NCBI GenBank assembly: GCA_041658665.1
Contig: JBAZZR010000001.1
Span: 256,576 to 320,575 of the forward strand
From: Patescibacteria group bacterium
GTDB lineage: Bacteria > Patescibacteriota > Patescibacteriia > Patescibacteriales > UBA12465
DNA length: 64,000 bases
Reading direction: 5' to 3'
Shown: positions 47,877 through 57,482 of the stretch, one piece after another
How the letters are laid out: every line of letters starts with the position of its first letter
How positions within the stretch are numbered: position 1 is the stretch's first letter
The notes under the pieces: generated by a model
The model's database searches: none
What the model was told of the DNA's origin: nothing
The model's input: only the letters and a program-made list of their open reading frames with translations
Made by a program: the position numbers and the translations under genes

Positions 47877-47903
47877 AAATTAAAATTTAAGGCCTCTAAA
47901 TTT

Positions 47904-49226
47904 TTAGCGGCCGGCTTGGCTCAGCATCGTTGCTAAGGTTTTTAGAGTGATAGCGAGGTCAAGATAGAGAGAGCGCTGTTTTAAATAAAATAAATCGTAT
48001 TGTAATTTTTCCCAACTGTCGGCGGCAGAGGCGGAATGATATTCGCCAGAAATTTGGTCCCAGCCGGTTAGGCCGGGTTTGATTAGTAGGCGGGTTTTAT
48101 AGAAAGGAATGCGACTTTCTAGTTCCGTGACGATCTCCGGTCGTTCCGGCCGCGGACCGATGAAGCTCATTTCGCCTTTAAGGATATTAATAACTTGAGG
48201 TATTTCGTCGAAGCGAGTTTTTCGGAGCCAAGAGCCGAACCAAGTAATGCGCTCATCATTTTTTTCCGTCGGCGCCTGTTGGTTATTTTCTATCCGCATG
48301 GTTCGGAATTTGATTATTTTAAAAGTTGTGCCATGTTGCCCGGATCTTAATTGGCTAAAGAATACTTGGCCGCGGCTGCTTAATTTTATCATTAAAGCAA
48401 TAAGCGGCCAGAGGGGAAGAGAAATAATTAAGACTAGGAGAGCTAAAACGAGGTCCAGCAAGCGTTTGCTGAAGTTATAAGCTTTTTTTTCATTATTTTT
48501 AATATTTTCTAGGAACCAGCTCGGGCCGATCGCTTCGACCGGAATTTTCCCGGTGATAAGTTCATAAAAGTCCGGATAATTAAAAAAATTGATATTATAA
48601 GTCAGGCCGCTAAAAAGAACTTCTTTTAAATCTTGATTATTAAAATCGTCGCTGACGACTAAACTACTGATATTTTTAGATTTAATGAGGGCGGCTAGTG
48701 CCGCTAACTTGTCTAAATTGTCTAAGACTAGAATCGGGCGGTAGTTACAGCCGGGATGTTTTTCTATCTCTTGGATTAATTTCTTAGTGAGATGGCCGCT
48801 GCCGATAATTGCTAAATTTTCTTTAGAGATTATCGAAGGCATGATTTTTGAATACAAGCTGCGCCAGGCCAAAAAAATTACTAAAAAAATTAGAATAAAT
48901 AGGAGTAGGTTGGTTTTGGGAGTTATGTCCGCTTGATTATTGAGATAGAAATAACTGAGCGATAAGAAGGAGCTCAGGGCGGCGGCGTTTAAGCTAAGGC
49001 GGTAAAAGCGGCGGCTGTTAGTTTTAAGATTAAGGTCGTAGAGGTTATTAATATAAAAGCCAAAAATCCAGAGGCCGAAAATAATAATAAATTTTGGCCA
49101 ATGGTTTGCCCAGGCTTCGGCCCAGGAAAGACGCGAGTAGCGGATGAGAATAGTTAATAATAAAGCTAAATGAAAGCCGATTAAATCGCCGCCGAGAATA
49201 ATTATTTGTTTTAAGCGTTTGAGCAT
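47904..49226 (-). CDS. polyprenyl-phosphate glycosyl-1-phosphate transferase (WbaP/bacterial sugar transferase family)
   Basis: 440 aa with N-terminal TM segments and the C-terminal sugar transferase domain (KRLLDLVLA..., GPRPERP, PGLTGWDQI). Confidence 0.85.
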   Translation of the reverse strand: MLKRLKQIIILGGDLIGFHLALLLTILIRYSRLSWAEAWANHWPKFIIIFGLWIFGFYINNLYDLNLKTNSRRFYRLSLNAAALSSFLSLSYFYLNNQADITPKTNLLLFILIFLVIFLAWRSLYSKIMPSIISKENLAIIGSGHLTKKLIQEIEKHPGCNYRPILVLDNLDKLAALAALIKSKNISSLVVSDDFNNQDLKEVLFSGLTYNINFFNYPDFYELITGKIPVEAIGPSWFLENIKNNEKKAYNFSKRLLDLVLALLVLIISLPLWPLIALMIKLSSRGQVFFSQLRSGQHGTTFKIIKFRTMRIENNQQAPTEKNDERITWFGSWLRKTRFDEIPQVINILKGEMSFIGPRPERPEIVTELESRIPFYKTRLLIKPGLTGWDQISGEYHSASAADSWEKLQYDLFYLKQRSLYLDLAITLKTLATMLSQAGR

Positions 49227-49388
49227 GGATAATTAAATTATGGTTTTAATATATCAGTTTGTAGGGGGAAAATCAATGAATATTTTAATAAAGAGAGCGA
49301 AAAAATGCTAGTTTGATAATTTATTATCTTATGATAATGTGTTATAATATAAACAAATATTTAATTAGCTGATTTTTTAGAGTTTATT

Positions 49389-50822
49389 ATGCTAATCTTA
49401 AATAAAAATAAATTTTTAGCGATTTTTTTCGTTTGGCTATCTTTAGTGGCTTTATTCTTTTTTAATTATCCGGCCTTAGCCCTGAGCGCGACTGTTCGTC
49501 AAGTTAAGTTAAAAAATAGCCCAGTTATTTATTTTTTAAATCATAAAACCCATACGCGAAGAGCTTATCTTAATCCGACGGCTTATTTAAGTTATGGAAA
49601 TAAATGGTCGGATATTAAGATTATTAGTTTAACGGAATTGAATAAATGGTCGGAGGTAGTCTTAGCGAGAGCGGCTAGTCGTCCAGAAATTTATTATATT
49701 AAAGGACGACAAAAAACTTTAATTCATGATTTATCTGATTTAAATAAGTTTAATTTACGGAGTCGGCCGGTTTTAGAGCTTAATCAAATAGACTTAGCCC
49801 AGTATACTTTAGTTAGTTACGAGGAAATTGGTTTAGAGAAGAAAACGGCGAATTCCGACTCTCCAACTGATCCGGTTGTGTCGGGTCCCGTCGCGCCGCC
49901 GCTAGCTTCGGCTCAGATTTTAGTGTCGAGCGAGACGCTTATAAGTACTAGTACGGTTTTAAGCCCCGGGACTTTAGTCGCTAATACTAAAGAAAATTTA
50001 TTAGGTATTTTTAATTTTCAAGCGGTCGCTAGTGAGGCTACAATTAGTAGTTTAGTTTTTACTATTTCCGGTGTTTATAACTCGAGTATAATTGGTGGGG
50101 TAGTGGCGCGCGACGGCTATGATATTAAATATAAAGCTAATGTTAATTGGCACCGTTCTGACGAGCAGATTATTATTAATTTTTCGGAGCCGCTGCAACT
50201 GGCGGCCGGCGAACGCCGGAGCGTTAAAATTTATGCCGACTTAGTCAGTTGTCCTAGTTGCCTTAATCAAAGTTTGTTTGTCGAACTGAAAAATTCGGGT
50301 GCGGCTTCTAGTAGCCGGCCGCTTCTAGCGACTTGGCCGCTGAAGGGTGGAACGTTTAAAATTATTGACGGCAGTAATACCGTCGCGGCGCTACGAGTAG
50401 AGGAAGAGAGTCTGGCCGGAGAGAATTTAACGATTAATAACGGCAGTCGTTTTATTGGGAAATTTAAAATTTTTGAAGACTCGGGACGCGAAGAGGGAAT
50501 TATTAAACATTTGGTTTTTGATAATGCGGGTACCGCTAGTAAGGATGATTGGAATAATTTTCGTTTATTACGGGACGGGGCGGTTATTTCCCGGCTGGCC
50601 GAGTTAAATAATGATCGGCAGATAGATTTTAGTTTAAGTTATTTACGGGTGAGCTCCAGCAGCCCGGTTGAATTAGTCCTCAGCGCTGATTTAAAACCAG
50701 AGTATAGCAGTAGTTCTACTTTTAATTTACAACTGGATAGTCTAGAAGCATTGGGCAAAACTTATAATCTTTTACTCTATCCGAAAATTAATAATTTAGC
50801 GGAAAGTTATATTTTAAACTAA
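49389..50822 (+). CDS. secreted or membrane-anchored hypothetical protein
   Basis: 477 aa with an N-terminal hydrophobic signal (FLAIFFVWLSLVALFFF...ALALSA). Extended -10 promoter TGTTATAAT near 49345. Confidence 0.5.
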   Translation: MLILNKNKFLAIFFVWLSLVALFFFNYPALALSATVRQVKLKNSPVIYFLNHKTHTRRAYLNPTAYLSYGNKWSDIKIISLTELNKWSEVVLARAASRPEIYYIKGRQKTLIHDLSDLNKFNLRSRPVLELNQIDLAQYTLVSYEEIGLEKKTANSDSPTDPVVSGPVAPPLASAQILVSSETLISTSTVLSPGTLVANTKENLLGIFNFQAVASEATISSLVFTISGVYNSSIIGGVVARDGYDIKYKANVNWHRSDEQIIINFSEPLQLAAGERRSVKIYADLVSCPSCLNQSLFVELKNSGAASSSRPLLATWPLKGGTFKIIDGSNTVAALRVEEESLAGENLTINNGSRFIGKFKIFEDSGREEGIIKHLVFDNAGTASKDDWNNFRLLRDGAVISRLAELNNDRQIDFSLSYLRVSSSSPVELVLSADLKPEYSSSSTFNLQLDSLEALGKTYNLLLYPKINNLAESYILN

Positions 50823-50824
50823 AT

Positions 50825-53035
50825 ATGTCTACAAATTTTAAATTGAGCGGGTTCAGTCGGTCATTAATTTATTTCAGTTTTTTCTTAGTTTTTGCTTTTT
50901 TGGCTGGGATTAATAGTGCTCGCGCCGAGAATTGTCGGGGAAATACCAATATTAATTTCGTAGTTCTTGATCCTAGTGGAGCCTTTATTCCTAATGCCCG
51001 CGTCGACGTTTATGAACAGACCACTGATTTTTATGATCAGCCTAAGCCTAAACTTAATCGTCGTTTTGCTGGAGCGAGTACGGACGCCGTTTTAGGAACC
51101 GCGTTCCTTAGTTGGCGTAACAATTTAATGGCGGATACTTATGCGATTCGGGTTCAGGTTGTCGGTAAAGATAACGCCAGTTTTTGGTATTATGGCTATA
51201 ATTTTAGCTGTGGCGAAAGCCAAACTATTAGTAAACGTCTCAGCGGAATTTTATTCGTTTTGCGCGATACCGATGGTAACCCCTTGAAAAATACTAATTT
51301 CAATGTTTATTCGCAGCAGTACGATTCTAATAAGAAACCGCTTAAATCTTATAAAGAACAATTGACTAATTTAAATACCGGTGCGGCTGGCCAAGTAAAA
51401 GTTTATTTGCCGCAAGGCAGCTTGCGGAGTATGGATAATACGCCGAGCGATGATTATGCTCTAGAATTATCCCGCAATAATTCTAAATTTATTTATTATA
51501 ATATTGCCGTTCATGACGAACAACTAACGACCTTGTCTTATTACTTAAGTTCTTTGCGAGTTAGTTTACAAGATACTTCCGGCGCTTTATTTCCCAGTGG
51601 AACGAAAGTGGAGATCTTTAAACAAGAGGTCGGGGCTGATAACGAACGACAAAAGGGGGCGCGAGTAACCGATTTTTCTATTAGTACCGACGGTTATGGC
51701 TCGATAGAAATTCCGGCGGGGACTTATGTTCTAGGCGTTAAAGGTCAGAGCAATAATTATCAATATTTTTGGGATGTTGATGTCTTGGACGGTCAGAGTA
51801 ATGAAAAAGTAATTACGGCGACTCAAGTCGCCTCGCCGGTCGCCACCGCCTGTCAGAATAACTCTAAGTTAACGGTGATTTTACGAAATGCGAGCGGTAA
51901 TTTAATTCCTAATTTAAAATTTGAAATTTACGAACAAAATTCCGATGCTAATGGACTGCCAGTCGCCGGTAATAAAGTCGGGGGCGGCACGATGGACAAA
52001 ACCGGGAAGGCCACGATTAGTTTCGCGCCGGATCCGCGTAAAACTTATGCATTGAAAGCTTGGGATAAACGGGCCGATCTCGGCGATTTTTGGTTTTTTG
52101 ACGCAGTGCGTTTCGTCTGTAATTATGACCGAACGGTGACTAAATATTTACCGGCTTTAAAGATTATTTTGCGCGATAGCCAAAAGAGATTAAAGGCTAA
52201 TTATAATTTTTCTTTGTATGCTCAGCAATATGACGCGGATGAAAAGCCTTTTTTTGAAAATAGTGATTTAATCGCTAATCTTAAAACTGACGCGGGGGGT
52301 AAAAGTATTGTCTATGTCGCGTCTTATAACCCCTATCATGATAATCAATCCGGCGTTTATGTTTTAAGCGTTAAGGACGCGGGTGGCAATATCGCTAATG
52401 TTTATAATATTAAAATACCGCTAGACAAAGACTATACTTTTAATTATGTTTTTTCTAGTTTAAGTGGCGAATTGCGTAATGGTCAGAAAAAAATATTAAC
52501 CAATCGAGAAATTCGTTTTTATGAACAGTTGGTTGATAATGGTCAAAAGAGCCTAGGGCGTCAGCTACTTAAAACTAAATCAGACCTTAAGGGTCGTTTC
52601 CAGTTTGATTACCCGGCGGGAATTTATGCGTTAGTGGTTCTAGATGATTTTAATCAGGAAAATATCTTCTGGAATATTAATATAAAATCCGGCCAGCTGA
52701 ATTCTCAGAAGCTCGTTACTAATACCACTAAAATTAGCTTGACTAATTTAGCGAGTACGGAAAGAGCGAGTACGATTAATCTTAAATTATATAATTTATC
52801 GACGGAGGGCGATAGAAAATATTACCGAGACAGCGAAATTGGCGTCATTAAAATCGCTCGTAATAAAACCGTTTATTCCTCCTTAACCCCTGGGTATTAT
52901 TTATTAGTCTATACCGATAAAAGTGGAAAAGAGTATGGCCGGGCCTTTAAAGCCAATAACGGCCAGCTGCAAAGTATTACGCTGAGCGCGACTACTAAAA
53001 TGCGAATTAGCTCTAGTCAGGCTTTTAAATTTTAA
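50825..53035 (+). CDS. secreted protein built of repeated CarboxypepD_reg/prealbumin-like modules
   Basis: 736 aa with a signal peptide. A recurring module signature appears, e.g. NFNVYSQQYDSNKKP...GAAGQVKVYLP, KFEIYEQNSDANGLP...KTGKATISF, NFSLYAQQYDADEKP...DAGGKSIVYV and IRFYEQLVDNGQK...LKGRFQFDYPAGIYALVV. Confidence 0.55.
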   Translation: MSTNFKLSGFSRSLIYFSFFLVFAFLAGINSARAENCRGNTNINFVVLDPSGAFIPNARVDVYEQTTDFYDQPKPKLNRRFAGASTDAVLGTAFLSWRNNLMADTYAIRVQVVGKDNASFWYYGYNFSCGESQTISKRLSGILFVLRDTDGNPLKNTNFNVYSQQYDSNKKPLKSYKEQLTNLNTGAAGQVKVYLPQGSLRSMDNTPSDDYALELSRNNSKFIYYNIAVHDEQLTTLSYYLSSLRVSLQDTSGALFPSGTKVEIFKQEVGADNERQKGARVTDFSISTDGYGSIEIPAGTYVLGVKGQSNNYQYFWDVDVLDGQSNEKVITATQVASPVATACQNNSKLTVILRNASGNLIPNLKFEIYEQNSDANGLPVAGNKVGGGTMDKTGKATISFAPDPRKTYALKAWDKRADLGDFWFFDAVRFVCNYDRTVTKYLPALKIILRDSQKRLKANYNFSLYAQQYDADEKPFFENSDLIANLKTDAGGKSIVYVASYNPYHDNQSGVYVLSVKDAGGNIANVYNIKIPLDKDYTFNYVFSSLSGELRNGQKKILTNREIRFYEQLVDNGQKSLGRQLLKTKSDLKGRFQFDYPAGIYALVVLDDFNQENIFWNINIKSGQLNSQKLVTNTTKISLTNLASTERASTINLKLYNLSTEGDRKYYRDSEIGVIKIARNKTVYSSLTPGYYLLVYTDKSGKEYGRAFKANNGQLQSITLSATTKMRISSSQAFKF

Positions 53036-53037
53036 AT

Positions 53038-54012
53038 ATGACGGAAGTCGAGTGGCCAAAAATCGGGAATGAGCAGGCCGTTAAATTTTTAACAGGCGCG
53101 CTTCAGAATGATAAGGTTGCTCAGTCTTATGTTTTTGTCGGTCCAGACGATCTTGGCAAATCGACGATCGCCCTTTCTTTTGCTCGTCATTTGCAGGGAG
53201 CGCTAGAGGGCTTTAACAGCGATTTGCATATTTTACAACCTCTCGCTGACCAGAAAAATATTACTATCGAGGCGGTGCGAGGATTTATTAAAATTTTAAA
53301 TTTGAGTTCTTTTTCAAATTCCTATAAAATAGGGATTATTAAGGAGGCCGACTGTTTAAGCGAGGAGGCTAAGAGCGCTCTTTTAAAGACTTTAGAAGAA
53401 CCTAAAGATAAAGTAGTGATTATTCTTTTAGTGAGCGATGATAATAATTTACCCGCTACGATTTTGTCGCGGAGCCAGGTCTTATATTTTTATCCGGTGG
53501 CGGCCGCGGTTATCTATGATTATTTAATTGATAATCAAGGTGCCAGTCGCTCCTTAGCTAAAGACTTGGCTAATTTATCAATTGGTCGGCCGTTTTTAGC
53601 CCTTCGTTTATTAGAACATCCTGATGACTATCAGGCTTATTTAAAAATGGCTTCTCTCTGGTTATCTCTAATATCCGTCGAGGTGAGCGAGCGGCTGGCT
53701 ATTTTAGATCAGATCTTTAAAGATCGAACCTGGAGTAAGGCGGCGCGTGATTTAGCGGCTAAAATAATTGCTATGGCAGAAGGTTTGGCGCGCGATTTAT
53801 TGCTTTTGAATTTTGCGGAAAACGATCGCGTTCAACACCTAGCGATTTCGGCTGATTTAGAGAAAGCCCTTAACTATTTAAATGAGTCGAGCGACCAGGA
53901 TCCTTTACCCTTAATTTTGCAACAGTTGAAATTAGCCGCTCAGGCCCGAGAATATTTAGCAGGGAATATTAATCCGCGTTTGGTTTTAGAACAGCTCGCT
54001 TTAAATTATTAA
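53038..54012 (+). CDS. holB: DNA polymerase III delta-prime subunit
   Basis: 324 aa. YVFVGPDDLGKST is P-loop-like and LLKTLEEP...TILSR is the typical clamp-loader pattern. Confidence 0.75.
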   Translation: MTEVEWPKIGNEQAVKFLTGALQNDKVAQSYVFVGPDDLGKSTIALSFARHLQGALEGFNSDLHILQPLADQKNITIEAVRGFIKILNLSSFSNSYKIGIIKEADCLSEEAKSALLKTLEEPKDKVVIILLVSDDNNLPATILSRSQVLYFYPVAAAVIYDYLIDNQGASRSLAKDLANLSIGRPFLALRLLEHPDDYQAYLKMASLWLSLISVEVSERLAILDQIFKDRTWSKAARDLAAKIIAMAEGLARDLLLLNFAENDRVQHLAISADLEKALNYLNESSDQDPLPLILQQLKLAAQAREYLAGNINPRLVLEQLALNY

Positions 54013-54073
54013 TTAGTAAATTTCAATTAGTCAGTTTTCGCGCTCGCTTCTCGGGCCGGAAAATAATAATTAT

Positions 54074-55195
54074 ATGTCTTTGAAGAATTTAAAATTAATC
54101 ATTGCTTTAAGTGTCTTAGCTTTAATTAGCACGGCCTGTTCTATTTCTACTTCAACAGCTAAACCGAGTCTGCCCGGTAATACTGTTGATAGCAGCGTCT
54201 TTTTATCGACAGACGGCGGGAAATCTTGGCAAGCGAAAGTTGATGTGCCGACTGCTGATAGCCGGCCACAAACCATCGGTAGCCTTAATGTTAATACACT
54301 GGTGATGGATCCGGCCGATAGCTTAGCTATTTATTTGGCGAGTTTTGAGAAGGGACTATATTATACTTATAATATTACGGCTGGCTGGAATAAAGTGGCT
54401 AGTTTACCGACCGCTACAGTAAGCGATGTCAAAGTCGATCCTAAAAATAAGTGTATAATCTACGCGGCGATCGCTAACCGTCTTTATCGCAGTGTCGATT
54501 GCACTCGGAATTGGGTGCAGGTTTATTTTGATAATAATACCGGCGTGGGAGTAACGACTGTGGCCATTGATCATTATAATCCGCGTAATTTATATATTGG
54601 GACTTCGCGCGGCGAAATTATTAAAAGTATTGACTCCGGAGAATCGTGGCGAACGATTCAACGGTTGGATGATGGTTTGGCTCGCCTAATCGTGTCGCCG
54701 CTTGATAGCCGTTTACTTTTTGTGGCGACTGTTAAAAATCAAATTTTTAGTTTTCGTTCAAGTACGGTTACTAATGCGGCTAACTCCGCTGATGTGGACG
54801 AGAATTTCTTAGTAGAGGACTGGACCGACTTAAATGAAGTGCTGCGTGATTATACTTTAGGCAATAATTTTAAGGATATTATCGCGACTAAAGACGGCTT
54901 GGTTTTTCTGGCCACTGATAAATTAATTCTTCGCTCGTCTGACGATGGCCTGACTTGGGAGAACATAAAATTACTCCAACCCGAAAAAGACGCCGTTATT
55001 AACGCTTTGGCGATTAATCCTCAGGCGACGACGGATATATCTTACGTAACTAATACCACGTTTTTTCATTCTTTAGACGGCGGCGCCACTTGGTCGACGA
55101 AAAGTTTGCCGACTAAGCGGGCTGGCCGCAATCTTCTAATTGATTTTAAAAATCCTAATAATATTTATTTGAGTACTGTCCAGTTAAAACAATAA
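54074..55195 (+). CDS. secreted BNR/Ycf48-like beta-propeller protein
   Basis: 373 aa with a signal peptide ending ...LISTAC (weak lipobox). Four BNR motifs are present: STDGGKSW, SIDSGESW, SSDDGLTW and SLDGGATW. Confidence 0.65.
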   Translation: MSLKNLKLIIALSVLALISTACSISTSTAKPSLPGNTVDSSVFLSTDGGKSWQAKVDVPTADSRPQTIGSLNVNTLVMDPADSLAIYLASFEKGLYYTYNITAGWNKVASLPTATVSDVKVDPKNKCIIYAAIANRLYRSVDCTRNWVQVYFDNNTGVGVTTVAIDHYNPRNLYIGTSRGEIIKSIDSGESWRTIQRLDDGLARLIVSPLDSRLLFVATVKNQIFSFRSSTVTNAANSADVDENFLVEDWTDLNEVLRDYTLGNNFKDIIATKDGLVFLATDKLILRSSDDGLTWENIKLLQPEKDAVINALAINPQATTDISYVTNTTFFHSLDGGATWSTKSLPTKRAGRNLLIDFKNPNNIYLSTVQLKQ

Positions 55196-55225
55196 TTGCT
55201 ATAATAGTTTTTTAATTATAAATAT

Positions 55226-55780
55226 ATGAATGAATATTTAGTGGCGAAGCAAAGCGATTTTAATAACGCGCTTGATTTTTTTAAGAAAGAAATATCGGCT
55301 TTGCGAACCGGGCGCGCTAACCCGGCCGTGTTAGAGGGTTTGCAGGTTGAAGCTTATGGTGTTTTGAGTCCGCTTAATGCGGTTGGTAATATTGCTGTCA
55401 CCGATTCCCGTAGTATTATTATCGCGCCTTGGGATAAGGGAGTTTTAAAAAATATTGAGAAAGCGGTGGTGGAGGCTAATTTAGGCTTAGGAGTAGTTAA
55501 TGAAGGCGATAAGATCCGTTTAACCGTCGCGCCACTGACTGAGGAAAATCGTAAAGAATTAGTCAAAAGGTTAAATGAAAAGATGGAAAAAACACGGATA
55601 ATTTTACGCGGGGTGCGTGATGATGTTAAAAATGCTATAGAACATGTTTTTGTCGCTAAAGAAATTAGCGAGGATGAAAAATTTCGGGCCGTTAAAGAAT
55701 TAGATGAATTTTCGGCTAAGAAGAATTTAGAGCTAAAAGATGTCCGCGACCGTAAGGAAAAGGATATCCTGGAAATATAA
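55226..55780 (+). CDS. frr: ribosome recycling factor
   Basis: 184 aa, typical RRF sequence throughout (LRTGRANPAVLEGLQVEAYG...). Confidence 0.92.
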   Translation: MNEYLVAKQSDFNNALDFFKKEISALRTGRANPAVLEGLQVEAYGVLSPLNAVGNIAVTDSRSIIIAPWDKGVLKNIEKAVVEANLGLGVVNEGDKIRLTVAPLTEENRKELVKRLNEKMEKTRIILRGVRDDVKNAIEHVFVAKEISEDEKFRAVKELDEFSAKKNLELKDVRDRKEKDILEI

Positions 55781-55789
55781 TATTTTTTT

Positions 55790-56944
55790 ATGTTTTTAAC
55801 AATAATAATTTTCGTCCTAGTTTTATCAGTTTTAGTTTTTGCTCACGAGTTCGGTCATTTTTGGAGCGCTCGACGGTTTGGAATTCGAGCGGAAGAATTT
55901 GGTTTTGGTTTTCCGCCGCGGGCTTTTGGTTTTTATCGCAATCAAGCGGGGCAGTGGAAAAAAGTACTAGGCAATATCGCCGTTGACGAACTAGACGCTA
56001 GTCCGGATAAGTCCATTCGACCGGCGAGCACAGTTTATTCTTTAAATGTTTTGCCTTTAGGTGGTTTCGTTAAAATTAAAGGCGAAAATGGCGAAGGGCA
56101 GGTTGCTTCGGATAGTTTTGCGTCAAAAAAAATTTGGCAACGAGTTATTGTCCTAGCGGCCGGAGTAGTTATGAATGTTATTTTAGCTTGGTTGTTGTTT
56201 TCTGGCGGTTATTTAATTGGTCTGCCGCAATCAACTGATTCTCTAGGCTCTAACGCTGAGCTCCGTGGCGCTCAAGTAATTATTGCTCAAGTTATCCCCG
56301 GTTCCGTCGCCGAGCAGGCCGGCCTTAAAGAAGGAGACATAGTTTTGCGTATTAATAATATAGAAACTAAAACGGAAAAAGAGTTGCAAGATACAGTCGC
56401 CGCTAGCGCTAATCAGGAAGCCGAATTTTTAGTGAAGCGGGGGGATCAAGAAATAATTATTAAAGCGACGCCTAAAGTTAAGGAAGGATCGCGGGCGACG
56501 GTCGGTATTGCTATTTTTTCTTCCGGCTTAGTTCGCTATCCTTTTTTACCAGCCTTTTGGGAGGGAGCGAAGACTACGGTTTTCGTCGTCCAGGAAATTT
56601 TTACTTCTTTTGGGGCTTTATTTAAGAGTCTGTTCCAGGGGCAAGCAGTCGGCGATCAATTTGCCGGACCGGTGGGCATCGCTAATATCACTGGTCAAGC
56701 CGCTCGCCTGGGCTTTGCTTACTTATTACAGTTTACCGCCCTCTTATCTCTTAATCTCGCCGTGTTAAATATTTTACCCTTTCCGGCGTTAGATGGCGGT
56801 AGAATTTTATTCTTACTGGTGGAAAAGTTGAAAGGGAAGCCGGTTCGTCAGGAACTGGAAAATCTTATTCATAATATCGGCTTCGCTCTCTTAATTGCCT
56901 TAGTTATCTTTATTACTTATAAAGATATCGTTAAATTATTTTAG
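55790..56944 (+). CDS. rseP: RIP metalloprotease (site-2 protease, M50)
   Basis: 384 aa. HEFGHF zinc motif, a PDZ segment and a C-terminal NLLPFPALDGG. Confidence 0.85.
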   Translation: MFLTIIIFVLVLSVLVFAHEFGHFWSARRFGIRAEEFGFGFPPRAFGFYRNQAGQWKKVLGNIAVDELDASPDKSIRPASTVYSLNVLPLGGFVKIKGENGEGQVASDSFASKKIWQRVIVLAAGVVMNVILAWLLFSGGYLIGLPQSTDSLGSNAELRGAQVIIAQVIPGSVAEQAGLKEGDIVLRINNIETKTEKELQDTVAASANQEAEFLVKRGDQEIIIKATPKVKEGSRATVGIAIFSSGLVRYPFLPAFWEGAKTTVFVVQEIFTSFGALFKSLFQGQAVGDQFAGPVGIANITGQAARLGFAYLLQFTALLSLNLAVLNILPFPALDGGRILFLLVEKLKGKPVRQELENLIHNIGFALLIALVIFITYKDIVKLF

Positions 56945-56968
56945 CCATTAGCAGTTTATTACAAATTT

Positions 56969-57292
56969 ATGCAAACAAGAATTAAAGCGACTAAGCTAGA
57001 GTTAACGGCGGCAATTAAAAGCTATATTGAAACTAAGCTCGCGACCATTGATAAATATTTAGGAGAAATAAAGGCGATTAATTGTGATGTCGAAGTCGGT
57101 CGGGTCGTGGGTAGCCGGCATAAGGGCGATATTTTTCGGATGGAAGTTAATTTAGAGGTTCCACATAAGCTTTTAAGAGTGGAAAAAACCGAAAAAGATT
57201 TATATAAGGCGATTGATAAAGTTAAGGACCATTTAGAATTAGTTGTTAAAAAGTATAAAGAGAAACTAATTGATAAACGGCGCGGTCAGTAG
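56969..57292 (+). CDS. hpf: ribosome hibernation promoting factor / RaiA family (short form)
   Basis: 107 aa. The pattern ...LELTAAIKSYIETKL..KYL... is typical of the sigma54-modulation/HPF family. Confidence 0.8.
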   Translation: MQTRIKATKLELTAAIKSYIETKLATIDKYLGEIKAINCDVEVGRVVGSRHKGDIFRMEVNLEVPHKLLRVEKTEKDLYKAIDKVKDHLELVVKKYKEKLIDKRRGQ

Positions 57293-57325
57293 TTTATCCC
57301 CAGTTTAAAATAAAAAAACTTAATT

Positions 57326-57356
57326 AAAAAATCCGTCTAGTTGGCGGATTTTTTAT
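57326..57356 (+). terminator. rho-independent terminator
   Basis: AATCCGTC-TAGTT-GGCGGATTTTTTATTT. Confidence 0.7.
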
Positions 57357-57395
57357 TTCTTAATTTTAGCCATATTTTTAAGGGGTCGCGTGGTC

Positions 57396-57424
57396 TTGCT
57401 AGCTAACACAATATATTGTATAAT
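57396..57424 (+). promoter_or_regulatory. nrdAB promoter
   Basis: TTGCTA, 17 nt spacer, then TATAAT. Confidence 0.55.
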
Positions 57425-57454
57425 AAAGATAAATTCGACCACAATATAGCCGAA
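57406..57454 (+). promoter_or_regulatory. two NrdR-box-like sites overlapping the nrd promoter
   Basis: ACACAATATATTGTAT (57406-57421) is palindromic and fits the acaCwAtATaTwGtgt-type consensus. CCACAATATAGCCGAA (57439-57454) has a good left half only. The spacing is 33 bp. Confidence 0.5.
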
Positions 57455-57482
57455 TTATTTATTTTCTTAATCTTTGTTATTT

